Source of the DNA: Hemiscyllium ocellatum
Taxonomy: Eukaryota
Direction of reading: 5' to 3'
DNA length: 64,000 bases
NCBI RefSeq assembly: GCF_020745735.1
Contig: NC_083402.1
Location: 113,356,213-113,420,212, forward strand
The notes under the pieces were generated by a model. The model did no database searches. It saw nothing but the letters and a program-made list of their open reading frames with translations, and was not told the DNA's origin. Both the position numbers and the translations under genes were made by a program. Position 1 is the stretch's first letter; every line of letters starts with the position of its first letter. Below, one piece after another: positions 32,956 through 44,339 of the stretch.

Positions 32956-35485
32956 CACTTGTAACAAAAAGCATACACAGAAGAAGAATCTGACTGTATT
33001 CCAGAATGTTACTATCTTAAAAATAAAGTCTTAATGAGGAGATAGAGACCATCACATATTCAAGTGAATGCAAAATGGCAGAAGTTCATTAAGTTCTAAT
33101 ACCAGTGGGTTATAGAGAAGAGGTGGTACGGGTAGCACTTGAATTATCAGTAGGTGGCCATTTGGGAGTAAGGAAAACTTAAGTCAAATTGCAAAAGTGT
33201 TTTTAATGACCTGCATTGCATAGAGATGTGGTTGAATGTTGCCAAACATATAGTATTTTTCAGATAATTTGAAAACCTCAGGCAGTGATACGACCAGCAC
33301 CCTTAATACCTATTCTTGTATTTGAGGGACCATTTTACAAGGTTTTTAATTTGGTAAGACCTAAAACAAAAAGTGGGAATCAGTATTTGTTGACCATAAT
33401 AGACGCATCTACAAGATTTCCAGAGGCCATCCCATTACACAGTATCACAGCTAAAAGAATTGTTAGAAAAGTTACTCTTTTTTTACTAGATATAGACGAC
33501 CCACAGAAATATAACTACATCAAGGGTCAAATTTTACATCAGAGTTATTCAAGGAAATCGTGGATAGCTTAGCAGTAAAACAATTCAAAACCACTGAATA
33601 CCATTCAGAAAGCAGGGAGCATTAGAATGGTGCCATCAAACTTCAAAGACCATGTTGAGGGCTTATAGTTAAGACACTCCAGTGGATTAGGATAAAGAAT
33701 CCAATTTGTACTTTTTTGGGGGATTTAGGGATCACCTAATGACTCAACTAAATTCAGTATATTTGAATTTGTTTTTGAGCACGAGATGAGAGGACAACTG
33801 AACATAATTAAGGAGAAATGGTGAGCCAGAGTTCAGAGAACACACATTTGGAGTGTCAAATTTCTGGGAAAGATTAAATGCAGCGGATAAGTTAGCTCAA
33901 CAGCATTTGAAAGTCGCACATCATGTGATAAAGCAGGAAGCAGACAAGCATTCAAAAATTCATAATTTTGCTCGTGGAGAATAAGTGTTAGTGTTACTCC
34001 CAGTGGTAGGTGAACCTTGAAAGGCAAGGTTTAGTGGGCCTTACCAAAGGGAAAGGAAATTGAGTAAGGTAAACTATTTGGTAAGAACTCCAGGTAGAAA
34101 AAAATCTCAGAGTTTGTCGTGTGAATAGTTCAAAGGGAATTATGATAGGGAAGGAAAGCAAAAGGAGAATATAGTACTGGTTATAATACAGAGGGAAGAA
34201 CTAAGTTCAGAGGATTCTGAATTGAGATGTTTTTAAAATTAAATTGGAAAATGATGAAGTTCTCAAAAATGCAGATAAATTATTGAGCAAATTTGAAGTG
34301 ACCTGAAAGAGGTATCACAATCACATGGGGAGATACGTGGGAATAAGCTGGGAAGTACTAATCTGATTATGCATGATGTAGATATAGGAGATGCTGTTCT
34401 AATTAAACAACATCCTTATCAATGTAACACTCTAAAGTTGGCACAGGTTCAGGAAAAAAATTGAACGCATGCTCAAAGACAATCAAAGTGGATTGCAGTG
34501 ACTGGATCTCACCCATATTAATGGTGCCAAAACCAGATGGTAGCCAGTGATTATATGTGGAGTATTGCTAAGTCAATGCAGTTACAAAATCTGGTTCATA
34601 TCCAATTCTATGTTTGGAAGACTGTATTGAGAATGTGGAATAAACAACTTCTATTTCAAAGTTGGTCATCCTCAGAGGATACTGGCAGGTATCTTCATCC
34701 AAAAGAGTGAAGGAAATTTCTGTTTGCGTGACACTGAATATTTAAAGTCATGCCATTTGGTATGAAAAGGGCAGCAACCACCAGAGACTTACCAATAATG
34801 TTATTTCAGGATTACCCAATTGTGTGATATTTGTCGCTGATCTGGTCATTTTTTTAGTCATACAAAGAAGAAAGATTTGGAGCATCTATCGGAATTGTTT
34901 GATCAACTTCAGGAGGCAGGCTTGGTGATAACATTGGCTAAGAGTGAGTCTGCAAAAGTCCACATCACTTTCCTGGGCCATGTCATTGAACATAGACAAA
35001 TGGCCTGACAGAATGGGAAAACAGGTTATTGGGATTTTCCTATACCATCAACAAAGAAGGAAGTACTACAATTCCTGTTACTGAGTGGTTGTTCCACTGA
35101 CTGACTTGTTGAAGAAGTGCAGAAAAGTTCGGTGGACAGTGGCCTGCCAGAAGGCATTCAACACTTTGAAAGCTGTGTTTACCCCTGTCCCTGTATTAGC
35201 CACACCTAATTACCCAAAGCTATTCAGGGTGCCTATCAATGCGAGTGTCCATGCTGTATGCTTACAAGAAGGCAATGAGAAGATAGAAAGCCTATCAAGT
35301 AATTTTCCAAGAAGTTGAATACTCATCAACAAAAATAATACATGATTGAGAAGGAGGCCTTGAGCTTGGTGTTGGTGTTGCAACATCTCAAAATTTATAT
35401 TGCCAGTAATATGTTTGAGACAATTATATCAACTGATCATAAGCGTTTAAAGTTTCTGTGAACATTTAAGTCCAAAAATACCAGA

Positions 35486-35700
35486 TAAAAACTGAAAGAA
35501 CTGCAGATGATGTAAATCAGAAACAAAACCAGAAGTTGTTCAAAAAGCTCAGCAGGTCTGGCAGGATCTTTGAAGAGAAATCGGAGTTAACATTTCGGGT
35601 CCGGTGATCCTTTTTTAGAACTGATGGTAGCTAGGAAAATGTTAGTTTATATATAGAAGATAAGGGGGAGGGACGGGGAAAGGAGTAAACAATAGGCATG
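35486..35700 (-). mobile_element. Penelope 3' terminal fragment
   Basis: gaactgcagatgatgtaaatcagaaacaaaaccagaagttgttcaaaaagctcagcaggtctggcagg matches the inverted Penelope terminus. Confidence 0.7.
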
Positions 35701-35724
35701 CATGGGGTTGTCCAACTGTTCTTC

Positions 35725-36998
35725 TCCCAGATATAAAAATAGACTGGAAAAACTGGGAGTTTTATTTCACTGGAACATAGGAGGTTGAGGGGTGACTTTA
35801 TTGAGGTTTATAAAATCATGAAGGGTATAGATAAGGTGAATGACAAGGATCTTTTCCCTAGGGTGGGAGAGTTCAAAACTAGGGGCAGTTTTTAGGTGAG
35901 AGGAGAAAAATTTAAAAGGACACATTATTCAGAATGGTTCCTGCATGGAATGAACTGGCAGAGAAAATAGTGGATGGAGGTACAGTTACAACGTTTAAAA
36001 ATTTGGATAAGTTCACAAATATGAAAGTTTGGTGGAATATGGGCCAACTGCAGGCAAGTGGGACTAGTTTAATTTGGGAACATAGTGAGCCTCGACAGGT
36101 CCAAAGTCTCTGTTTCCATGCCTGTAACTCTCTAACTGGGCCTGAGGAATGGCAGAATGGAGTTTAATGCAGAGAAATGCTTGGTGTTACACTTTAGTAA
36201 GACGAACCAGGGTAGGACTTATAAAGTTAATAGGAGGGTCCTGGGGACTGTTGTCAAACAGACACCTCAGGGTGCAGATACATAGTTCTTTGAAAGTGGA
36301 GTCACAGATTGACAGGGTGGTAAAGAAAACATTTGGCATGCTTGCTTTCATCAGTCAGAGCACTGAGTATAGAAGTTGGTACATCATGTTACAGTTGTAT
36401 ACGATATTAGTGAGAACACATTTGGAGTACTACGGACAATTCTGGTCACCCTGCTTTAGGAAGGATGTTATTAAATTGGAAAAGGTACAAAGAATCTTTA
36501 CACCTACGTTGCTGAGACTGGAAAGCTTGAGTTACAAGGAGAAGCTGGATAAGCTGGGGCCTTTCTCCCTGGAGCATAGGTGCCTTGGTTGGGGGTGGGG
36601 GTGGGGGGCGGTGGGAAGGGGGGAGTGGTGGTGGAGGGACCTTACAGAGGTTTATAAAATCAAGAGGGGCACAAGTAAGGTGAATAACCAAAGTCTTTTC
36701 TCCAGGTAAGGGACTCTAAAACTATGGGACATTGGTTTAAAGTAAGAGTGGAAAGATTTAAAAGCTGATGGGTAGTTTTTTCACATAGGATGGTATGTTT
36801 ATTGAATGAGCTGCCAGAGGAAGTGCTAAATGTGGGTAAAATTACAGCATTTAAAAGACATTTGGACCAGTACATGGATAGGAAAGATTTAGAGGGATAT
36901 GGGTCAAATGTAGATACATGGGAGTAGTTCATTTAAGAAACCTGGTTAGCATGGACAAGTTGGACCTGTTTCTTTGCTGTAAGACTCTATTACTCTAC
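35725..36998 (+). mobile_element. Two adjacent CR1 3' fragments (junction near 36135)
   Basis: ORF 36149..36709 SSLKVESQIDRVVKK..HLEYYGQFWSPCFRKDVIKLEKVQR; two successive CR1 3' UTRs. Confidence 0.88.
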
Positions 36999-37104
36999 TC
37001 AGGAAACATGGAAGAGAAAAAAACATTCTTTCTGAGAGACACAATTCTATGACATTTTCTTCCCTTGTGTGCAATAGAGGCAAGGTTTTTTTTTAAAGAA
37101 AGAC

Positions 37105-37719
37105 TGTTATAGACCAGGCCAAACCTCCTCAAAATATTTTAAGAAGGTAGCCTAGGCCCTAACCTTTTCTTATTTTACAGGTAGATGTGAAGTTCCAATT
37201 GTGATGCAATTGATCAAACCACTCAGCTTTAAGCATTATAGTTGAAACATGAACAAAAGAAAGTGGAATTTAGGATAACTTAACAATTGGAAAATTCAAC
37301 TGAATACTCGGTACAACAACTATTACCAATTAACTGTTCCTATATAATATCATGCCATAAACACACCTCTTGGCAAAAAAGTAAATTCAAACACAGGTTC
37401 TTACAGGCAGGATTCCAATGCAGGAGGGAACAACAACAAGAGAGATTTCAGAATCATTTACTGAAGTTTGCACCCCTTTCTGGTACTTCAACATCTCATG
37501 ACTGCTACAGCCAAAAAAAACTAAAAAGCCTGAACTGTAAGAATTGGTCATTCTCCTTCCATTGTACAACTGTTTTAAAAGAAAACCTAAAGGTCTCATA
37601 TCTTCATATATTATTGATTTAAGCCTGCACCCTAGTGATATCAGTACTTCTGCCTTTACAACCTCACTTCAAATAAAAGTAGAATAATATAACCTTTTTA
37701 AAGTGACAGCATCATTACA
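37105..37719 (-). mobile_element. Solo LTR (TG...CA), same family as 8852-9510
   Basis: TGTTATAGACCAGGCC...CATCATTACA flanked by AGAC on both sides. Confidence 0.7.
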
Positions 37720-38529
37720 AGACAAAGACCTTGGCTAGGAATCAAAAACATAGGGTATCCTGGAAAGTAGATTGAAGCCACAATCAGATCAATCCTGATG
37801 AAATTATGGAGCAGTCCTGAGGGACCAAATGGCTGACTCCTTTGTTCTAACTCGTGTTCCTGTCAACTTTATTTACCCACAATTCACCAGTTGACAGTTA
37901 TGCTTTCAGCCATCTGGATAGTAATCACTGAAGTTCTTTCTTTTGATCTTTTCCCATTTCCACCTTTAAGGTGCTTCTGAGAGGTTTGATCTTGCATTTT
38001 GCACATGCCATTACAGAATGTTGTTTCCTTGCATATGTGTTTATATTTTTCTGCACCCATAATATTTGTCTTGTCTGTTTCTCTTTGTGTGTCTGGATTT
38101 TTGAGATGCTGCTGTTAGGAAGTGAGATTAAATAGATTAAAATCAGAAAAAAGTACAGTTTATAAAGAAGTAGAAGCTACATGGATTTCAGAAGAAACAG
38201 TATCAAACAACAGAGATTTTTAAATCATGTCAAATTGAAATAAAGTAATAAAGGAGTAGGGAGAAAAATGAAGTTAAATTTATGTTTTTAAAGTAAGTTT
38301 TTATGTATTCTAAAGGCAGCAGATAGATGTAGAGTTATGGGATGACTGATCCAAGTTGAGACTACATGTTGTGATGTGTGTGAAGTCCTGGATATACCAT
38401 GTATCCCAGACAAACACATTCAGAAGATGTGTCACTGACTACTCAAGCTTATGTTCCAGGTTTTGCAACTTGAGCAGCGGCTAGATTCTACATTGTATGC
38501 CTGTGATGCAGAGTATTATGCAGTGTGTA

Positions 38530-38848
38530 TATAAAAGGAGGAGGACACACTGTAGGGCAGGTGCATGCAGGCAGAAAAAGAGTAACCCACCCAGACCCAT
38601 TCCCCTACATTTAACCACTGACTCATGCACCAAACCGACACATCCTGAACGCTGTGGAAAATTTTGCGTGGCCAATTCACCTAACCTACACATTCTTACA
38701 TTGTGAGAGGAAACTGGAGCACCCAAAGGAAACCTACGTTGATGTGGGGAGATGTGCCAACTCCGCACAGTCACCCGTGGCTGGAATCAAACCTGAGTCC
38801 TTAGCGCTGTGAGGCAGCAGTGCTAACCACTGATCTATTGTGCCGCCA
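38530..38848 (-). mobile_element. HE1-like V-SINE
   Basis: gtggccaattcacctaacctacacattc..ggaaactggagcaccc..gcgctgtgaggcagcagtgctaaccact on +. Confidence 0.85.
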
Positions 38849-39689
38849 AGAATATCCTCTCAGCATTAACCATGGAAAAACCCTTAAGAATCCTATTTGT
38901 TTCAATGAGGTCACCTCTCATTCTTCTATACTCTAGAGAGGAGAGTTCCAACCTGGGCGGTTGGGACCCGTCCATATTGGATAGCTTAATAGCGTTGGGT
39001 CAGATGACCCAGTGTTATTTGCTAGTCCTGTTGGTGTGGGGCTAAGCAGTCTTGTTGGGGTGATTGAGACTTGAGGGGAAACCCAAAGTGGAAGGAAGTC
39101 AAGTTGGTAACAGAATTCGAAAAGCTGCTATTGGAGAGTGGAAAAAGAAGCAAGGCAGACCAATAGAATATGTTCCAGTAAAGAGCAATGTTAAAAAAAA
39201 AGTTAACACACTATATCTGAATGCATGAACCATCCACAACAAGATAGATGATCTAAAGGCACAAATAGAAATATGTGGCTATCTACTATCAGGAGTTCAT
39301 TCTTCCTACCTATGTCATTGGCACCAATGCAGGTCTATTTGCCACAAAATAAAGATGGTCAAATGGTGGTCAGCACTGGAAACTGAATATGCAAGGAGAT
39401 TTGACAATTTGTAAGAAAAGACAAGAAGGAAAAGGAGATGAGGTTGCACTAATCATACATACAGGAGTCTGTACAGAATTAGAGGAAGATATCAATTTGA
39501 AAGAACTGTATGTGGAATCTGTTTGGTTGGATCTAAGAAATAACAAGGCACAGCAGTTATTAATATGCCACCAAATAACATTGGTGGTGTGGTGCTTGAT
39601 ATCAGTCAGAAGATGAGAGAAGTGTATATCCTGGGTAATGCAGTCATTATGGATGACTTCAATCTGCATAATGCCTCGTATGGCATTGG

Positions 39690-39824
39690 GTCATTCCTGA
39701 TGAAGAGCTTTTGCCTGAAACATCGATTTCCCTGCTCCTCGGATGCTGCCTGACCTGTTGTGCATTTCCAGCACCACTCTAATCTTGACTCTAATCTCCA
39801 GCATCTGCAGTACCCACTTTCGCC
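39690..39824 (+). mobile_element. Short Penelope pLTR beginning at a hammerhead motif
   Basis: ATTC-CTGATGA-A-GAGC-TTTT-GCCT-GAAAC-ATC-GATT then ..ctccagcatctgcagtacccactttcgcc; stem II partly decayed. Confidence 0.8.
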
Positions 39825-40549
39825 ATAATATCTGGTAAACCAATTGAGCAAAAAACTCTGAAGGATGTGTTTCTAGAATGCAACAGGAATGGTTTTCTAC
39901 AGCAATGTTTTGAGGAGCTGACTAATTGACAGGCTATTTTAGATCTACTATTGTGTAATGAAAAAAGCTTAATTAGAAATTGTTGAAACATTTAAGAAAC
40001 ATAAAAGAACATTTAGGTACGAATGACCATAATCTGATAGAACTTTTCATTGGTATGAAAGTAAGTCATTTCAATCTGAAGCAAGAACATTCAAAATTAA
40101 TAAGAGAAATCATGAAAATTTTAGGTGCTTTGGGAAAATACAATAAAAAAATGAATATACATTGACAATGGATAGTCTTTACAGGACTATTACATAATTT
40201 AGAGCAACTGTAAATTCCTTAAAGATGCAAACACTCGATAAAAAGATCCACCATCTGTGCTTGACAAAGGAAGTTAAAGAATGTGTACGAGTAAATATAA
40301 GAACTAGGAGCAGGATAATGTCATTCAGCTGTTTCAGGCTGCTGCATTATTCAATACAATTACAGCTGAGCTCATTTTGGCCTCAACTCCATTTTCCTGC
40401 CCATTCTCCAAAACTCTTTAACCCATTACTAATTACAGACTGACAACTCATCTAGCATCTCATAAACAGCAGTTAGAAATTCTCCCATTCCTCTAAACTC
40501 TAGCAAGTATAAGCCTAAACTGCTCAATCTCTTCTCATAAGATAAGTCT

Positions 40550-42430
40550 GTCATACAGCACAGAAATAGATCATAGAACATAGAACATTACAGCACAGTA
40601 CAGGCCCTTTGGCCCTCGATGTACCGACCTGTCATACCAATCTGAAGCCCATCTAACCTACACTATCCCATGTACTTCCATATGTTTGTCCAATGACAAC
40701 TTAAATGCACTTAAAGTTGGCAAATCTACTACTGTTGCAGGCAAAGCATTCCATACCCTTACTACTCTCTGAGTAGAGAAACTACCTCTGACATCTGTCC
40801 TATATCTATCACATCCTTCTGTCCAATTCGGTCATGCTGACCAGACATCCCAATTTGAGCTAGTCCCATTTGCCAGCATTTGGTCCATATCCATCTCAAT
40901 CCTTCATGTTAATAATGTCCATTTAGATGCCTTTTAAATATTGTAACTTACTTGCCTCCGCCACTTCCTTTGACAGTTTGTTCCATAAACACATCACCCT
41001 CTGAGTGAAAAGGTTACCCTTCAGTCCTTTTTAAATCTCATTGCTCGCTCCTTAAAATTATGTTCTCCATTTTTGATCACCACCACCCTAGGTAAAAGAC
41101 CTTGACTATTCACACTATCCACGCCTCTCATATTTTTATAAACATTGATAAAGTCACCCCTCAGCCGCTTACACTCCAGGGGAAAAAAGACCCAGCACAT
41201 TCTGCCCCTTATAATTCAAACCTTCCAGTTGCCACTACATCCTTATAAATCTTTTCTGCACCTTCTTAAGTTTCACAACATCCTTCCTATCGAAGGGTGA
41301 TCAGAATTGTATGCAGTATTCTAAATATGGCCTTACCAATGTTTTATGCAGTGCAACATGACATCCCAACTCTTATTCTCAATGGTCTGACCAACAAGGG
41401 CAGTGTTCCAGTGCTCTTCACTATGCTGTCTACCTGTGACTCTACTTTCAAGGAACTATGCACCTGCACTCTTGTGTTTGGCAACACTCCCCAGGGGCCT
41501 GCCACTAACTGCCCTTGTCTACCATACCAAAATGTAACACCTCACATTTATCTAAATTAAACTCCATCTGCCATTCCTCAGCCCCTTGACCCATCTGATC
41601 AAGGTTCCATTATACTCTGAGATAATTTTTTCACTGTTCACTATACCATCTGCAAGCTTACTAACCATGCCTCCTATATTCAAATCCAATCCATTTATAT
41701 AAATAGAAAAAACGCAGTGGAACCAGTGACAATTTTTATGGTCACAGGTCTCCCGTCCAAAAAATAACCCTTAAAAGTAACTCTACTTTTAAGCCAATTT
41801 TGTATCCAACTGGCTAGCTTCCTGCTGGATACCATGCAATTTAACCTTACTAACCAGTCTACAGTCTGCAGAACCTTCTCAAATGCTTTGCTGAAGTCCA
41901 TATAGAACATTGTCTACCACTCTGCCCTCATCAACCTTCTTTTTCTTCTCTTCAAAAAACTCAGTCAAGTTAGTGAGACACAATTTCCCACACACAAAGT
42001 CATGTTGACTATCCCTAATCCTTTGCCATTCCAAATGCATATTGCTCAAAATCCCCTCCAGTAACTTACCCACCACTGATGTCAGGCTCACCGGTCTACA
42101 GTTCCCTGGCCTTTCCTTACAGCCTTTTTAAAATAATGGCACCACATTAGCCACCCTGCAGTCTTCTGACACCTTGCCTGTGGCTGTTGATGGTGCAAAT
42201 ATCTCAGTAAGGGACCCTGCAATTACTTCTCTAGCTTTCCATAGAATTTTGGGAAATACCAGATCAGGTCAGGAGATTTACTTATCTTGTATTTTAAGAT
42301 CTCCAGCACCTCTTTCATAATATGAACTGATTTCAAGACATAACTATTTACTTCTGCAAGTTCCTAACTTTTATGTCCTTATTCACCGTAAATACTAACA
42401 CGAAAGATTTGTTTAATATATCAAGCAATT
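40550..42430 (-). mobile_element. CR1 LINE fragment with a nested CR1 3' end (about 40572-40812)
   Basis: SLTSVVGKLLEGIL..QHDFVCGKLCLTNLTEFF, YMDFSKAFEKV; nested (catagaa)n tail. Confidence 0.88.
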
Positions 42431-42879
42431 TCTTTTGGTTCTACACATCAATGTCTCTGGAATTAATCTGCAAATTATCTCTGAACTATCTCCAAGCAAG
42501 TTCCATCCTTCCTCAAGTAAGGGGCCAAACCTGCATGCAGGACAACAGGTGTGGTCTCACCAATGCCTTGAACAATTACAACAACACTTCCTTACTTTTA
42601 TACTCCACTCCTTTAGCAGTAAATGCCGAAATCCTGTTTGTTCTCTTTTATTACATGTTGTACCTGCATATTACCTTTTTTGCGACTTACACACAAGGGC
42701 ACTCAGATCCCTCTGTGGCAAAGCATTTTTAAGTTTCTTCCCATTTAGATAGTAAGCTGTCTTTTTATTCTTCCAAACAAAATAAATAATCTCACAATAA
42801 TCCATCTGCCAAATTGTTGCCATTCACCTAGGCTATCCATATCCATCTGTAACAGGAAGGTTTGTAAAGTTACCAGAAA

Positions 42880-44200
42880 TAGTAGTGAACCTATTATGAT
42901 TGGGAGGTTTCTGGAAAGCAGTCAAGGATGACCATGAAACTGATAAAGAAAACGAGAATAGAATATGAATGCAAGCAAGGACAAAACATTAAAACGGAAT
43001 GTAGAAGTACCGAGGGTACACAACAATAAAATGCTTCACTAAGACAAATGTGGCACCATTACAGACAGAGTCTGGAGAATGTGTAATGGGGGATGGCAGT
43101 GAATCTAAATGATTAGTTTGTGCTTGTTTTCACTGAGGAAGGTGTAAGAAATTTCTCAGTGATCCAAATGATTTGGAAGAATGAGAAGTTGATGAAAATT
43201 AGTAGAACAAAGAGGTTGTACTGGAGAAATTAATGGGGCTAAACGTTGATGAGTCCCCAGCACTAAGTGTTGAAGGAGGTGGCTGTAGAGTCCCCAGCAC
43301 CAGAAGTTTAAAGCATGTGGCTACAGATATACTCAATGCATTGGTAATCATCTTTTAAATTTCTATAGATTCCAGAATAGTCCAGCTTAAAAACTAACAA
43401 AAGTCACCCCACTATTTAAGAAGAGAGTGAGAGAGAAAACAAGGAGCTATAATTTTGTTAAGCTTACATCAGTAGTTGAGACTTTGTGAGAATCTATTAT
43501 GAAGGATCAGAGAAGTAGACTGGTAATAAATTGATTGAGCATAGACAGTGTGGGTTTCCAAATGGGAATTTATGTTGAGGAACTCCGGTTTTATTTTAAA
43601 AATATTACAAACAGAATTGATCAAGAGTCAGTCAGTGTTGTAAATCTGGATTTTCAGAAGGCTTGTGACAAGGTCCCGAACAGAAGGTTAGTTTGCAAAG
43701 TTAAAAAAAAAACATGGAATAGAACATAATGTACTGGCTCGGTTTTAAGGGTTGGCTAACAGCAGAAAATTAAGAGTAGGAATAGATTGTTCATTATTGT
43801 TTTGGCAGATTGAGATTTGTGGAATACCACAAGGATCAGTACTTAGGCCCAACTGTACACAGTCTGAATCAATGATTTGGGGCTGGGGATTTTGAGGTAT
43901 AATATTTGTAAATTTATGGATATTACAAAGTTAAGTGGGAATATGTGTTGTAAAGAAAATGTAAAGCAGCTTCAGGAGGATTTGGACAGATTTAATGAGT
44001 GGACAAGAACATGACAATTGGAATGTAATGTGAAAAAAATGAGAGGTTATCCATTTCGGTGGAGGTTGGTCGATTTCTGATAACCAATGGTGTAAAGGGT
44101 TATGGGTAAAATGTGGGTAAAGCATTGAAGTGTTTGAACAACCATGATATTAAATTGGAATAGGCTCAATGGTCTGAGTGGCCTGATCCTGTTCCTATGC
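42880..44200 (+). mobile_element. CR1 LINE fragment, decayed
   Basis: LDFQKACDKVP; ggaataccacaaggatcagtacttaggccc (GIPQGSVLGP). Confidence 0.8.
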
Positions 44201-44339
44201 TCCTAAAATGGTGCTACATACGTTTGATCATCAATTATTAGTCCATGAGTTGATTGGGTGGATCTAGGTCTTTCCATTTCCTTTGTGTTTTAGAATTATT
44301 TTCTTCAGTCTTTTTGTAGTAGTTTTCCTGGTCTCTCAA

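Larger units (their letters stand above)
31240..35485 (+). mobile_element. Decayed Gmr1-like Ty3/gypsy internal region (gag-PR-IN-RT-RH)
   Basis: Gag YDEVKKNILSANELVQEIYRQCF..FDRWIRAL; CFRCNKVG knuckle; PR ILRxxGASQ near 32100; IN HLGVRKT, SGNQYLLTIIDASTRFPEAIPL, DQGSNF-like, GPY (33150-34130); RT SPILMVPKPDG, RGYWQV, MPFGMK, FLGHVI (34370-35000); RNase H IEKEALSLV, TDHK. Confidence 0.85.
38310..40300 (+). mobile_element. Decayed CR1 5' region (ORF1 remnants and endonuclease), multiply interrupted
   Basis: YLNA*TIHNKIDDL, RQEGKGDEVAL, VESVWLDLRN, IMDDFNLH, HLGTNDHNLIE remnants. Confidence 0.7.

Noticed and set aside
32664-32993. 109-aa ORF, with a similar 130-aa ORF at 61438-61830
   Set aside because: Antisense translations of the V-SINE; their similarity reflects the repeat, not a gene family.
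37105-37719. Could be the 3' LTR of the Gmr1-like element
   Set aside because: It has its own TSD, appears to be in the opposite orientation and is separated by unrelated repeats; no matching 5' LTR upstream of 31240.
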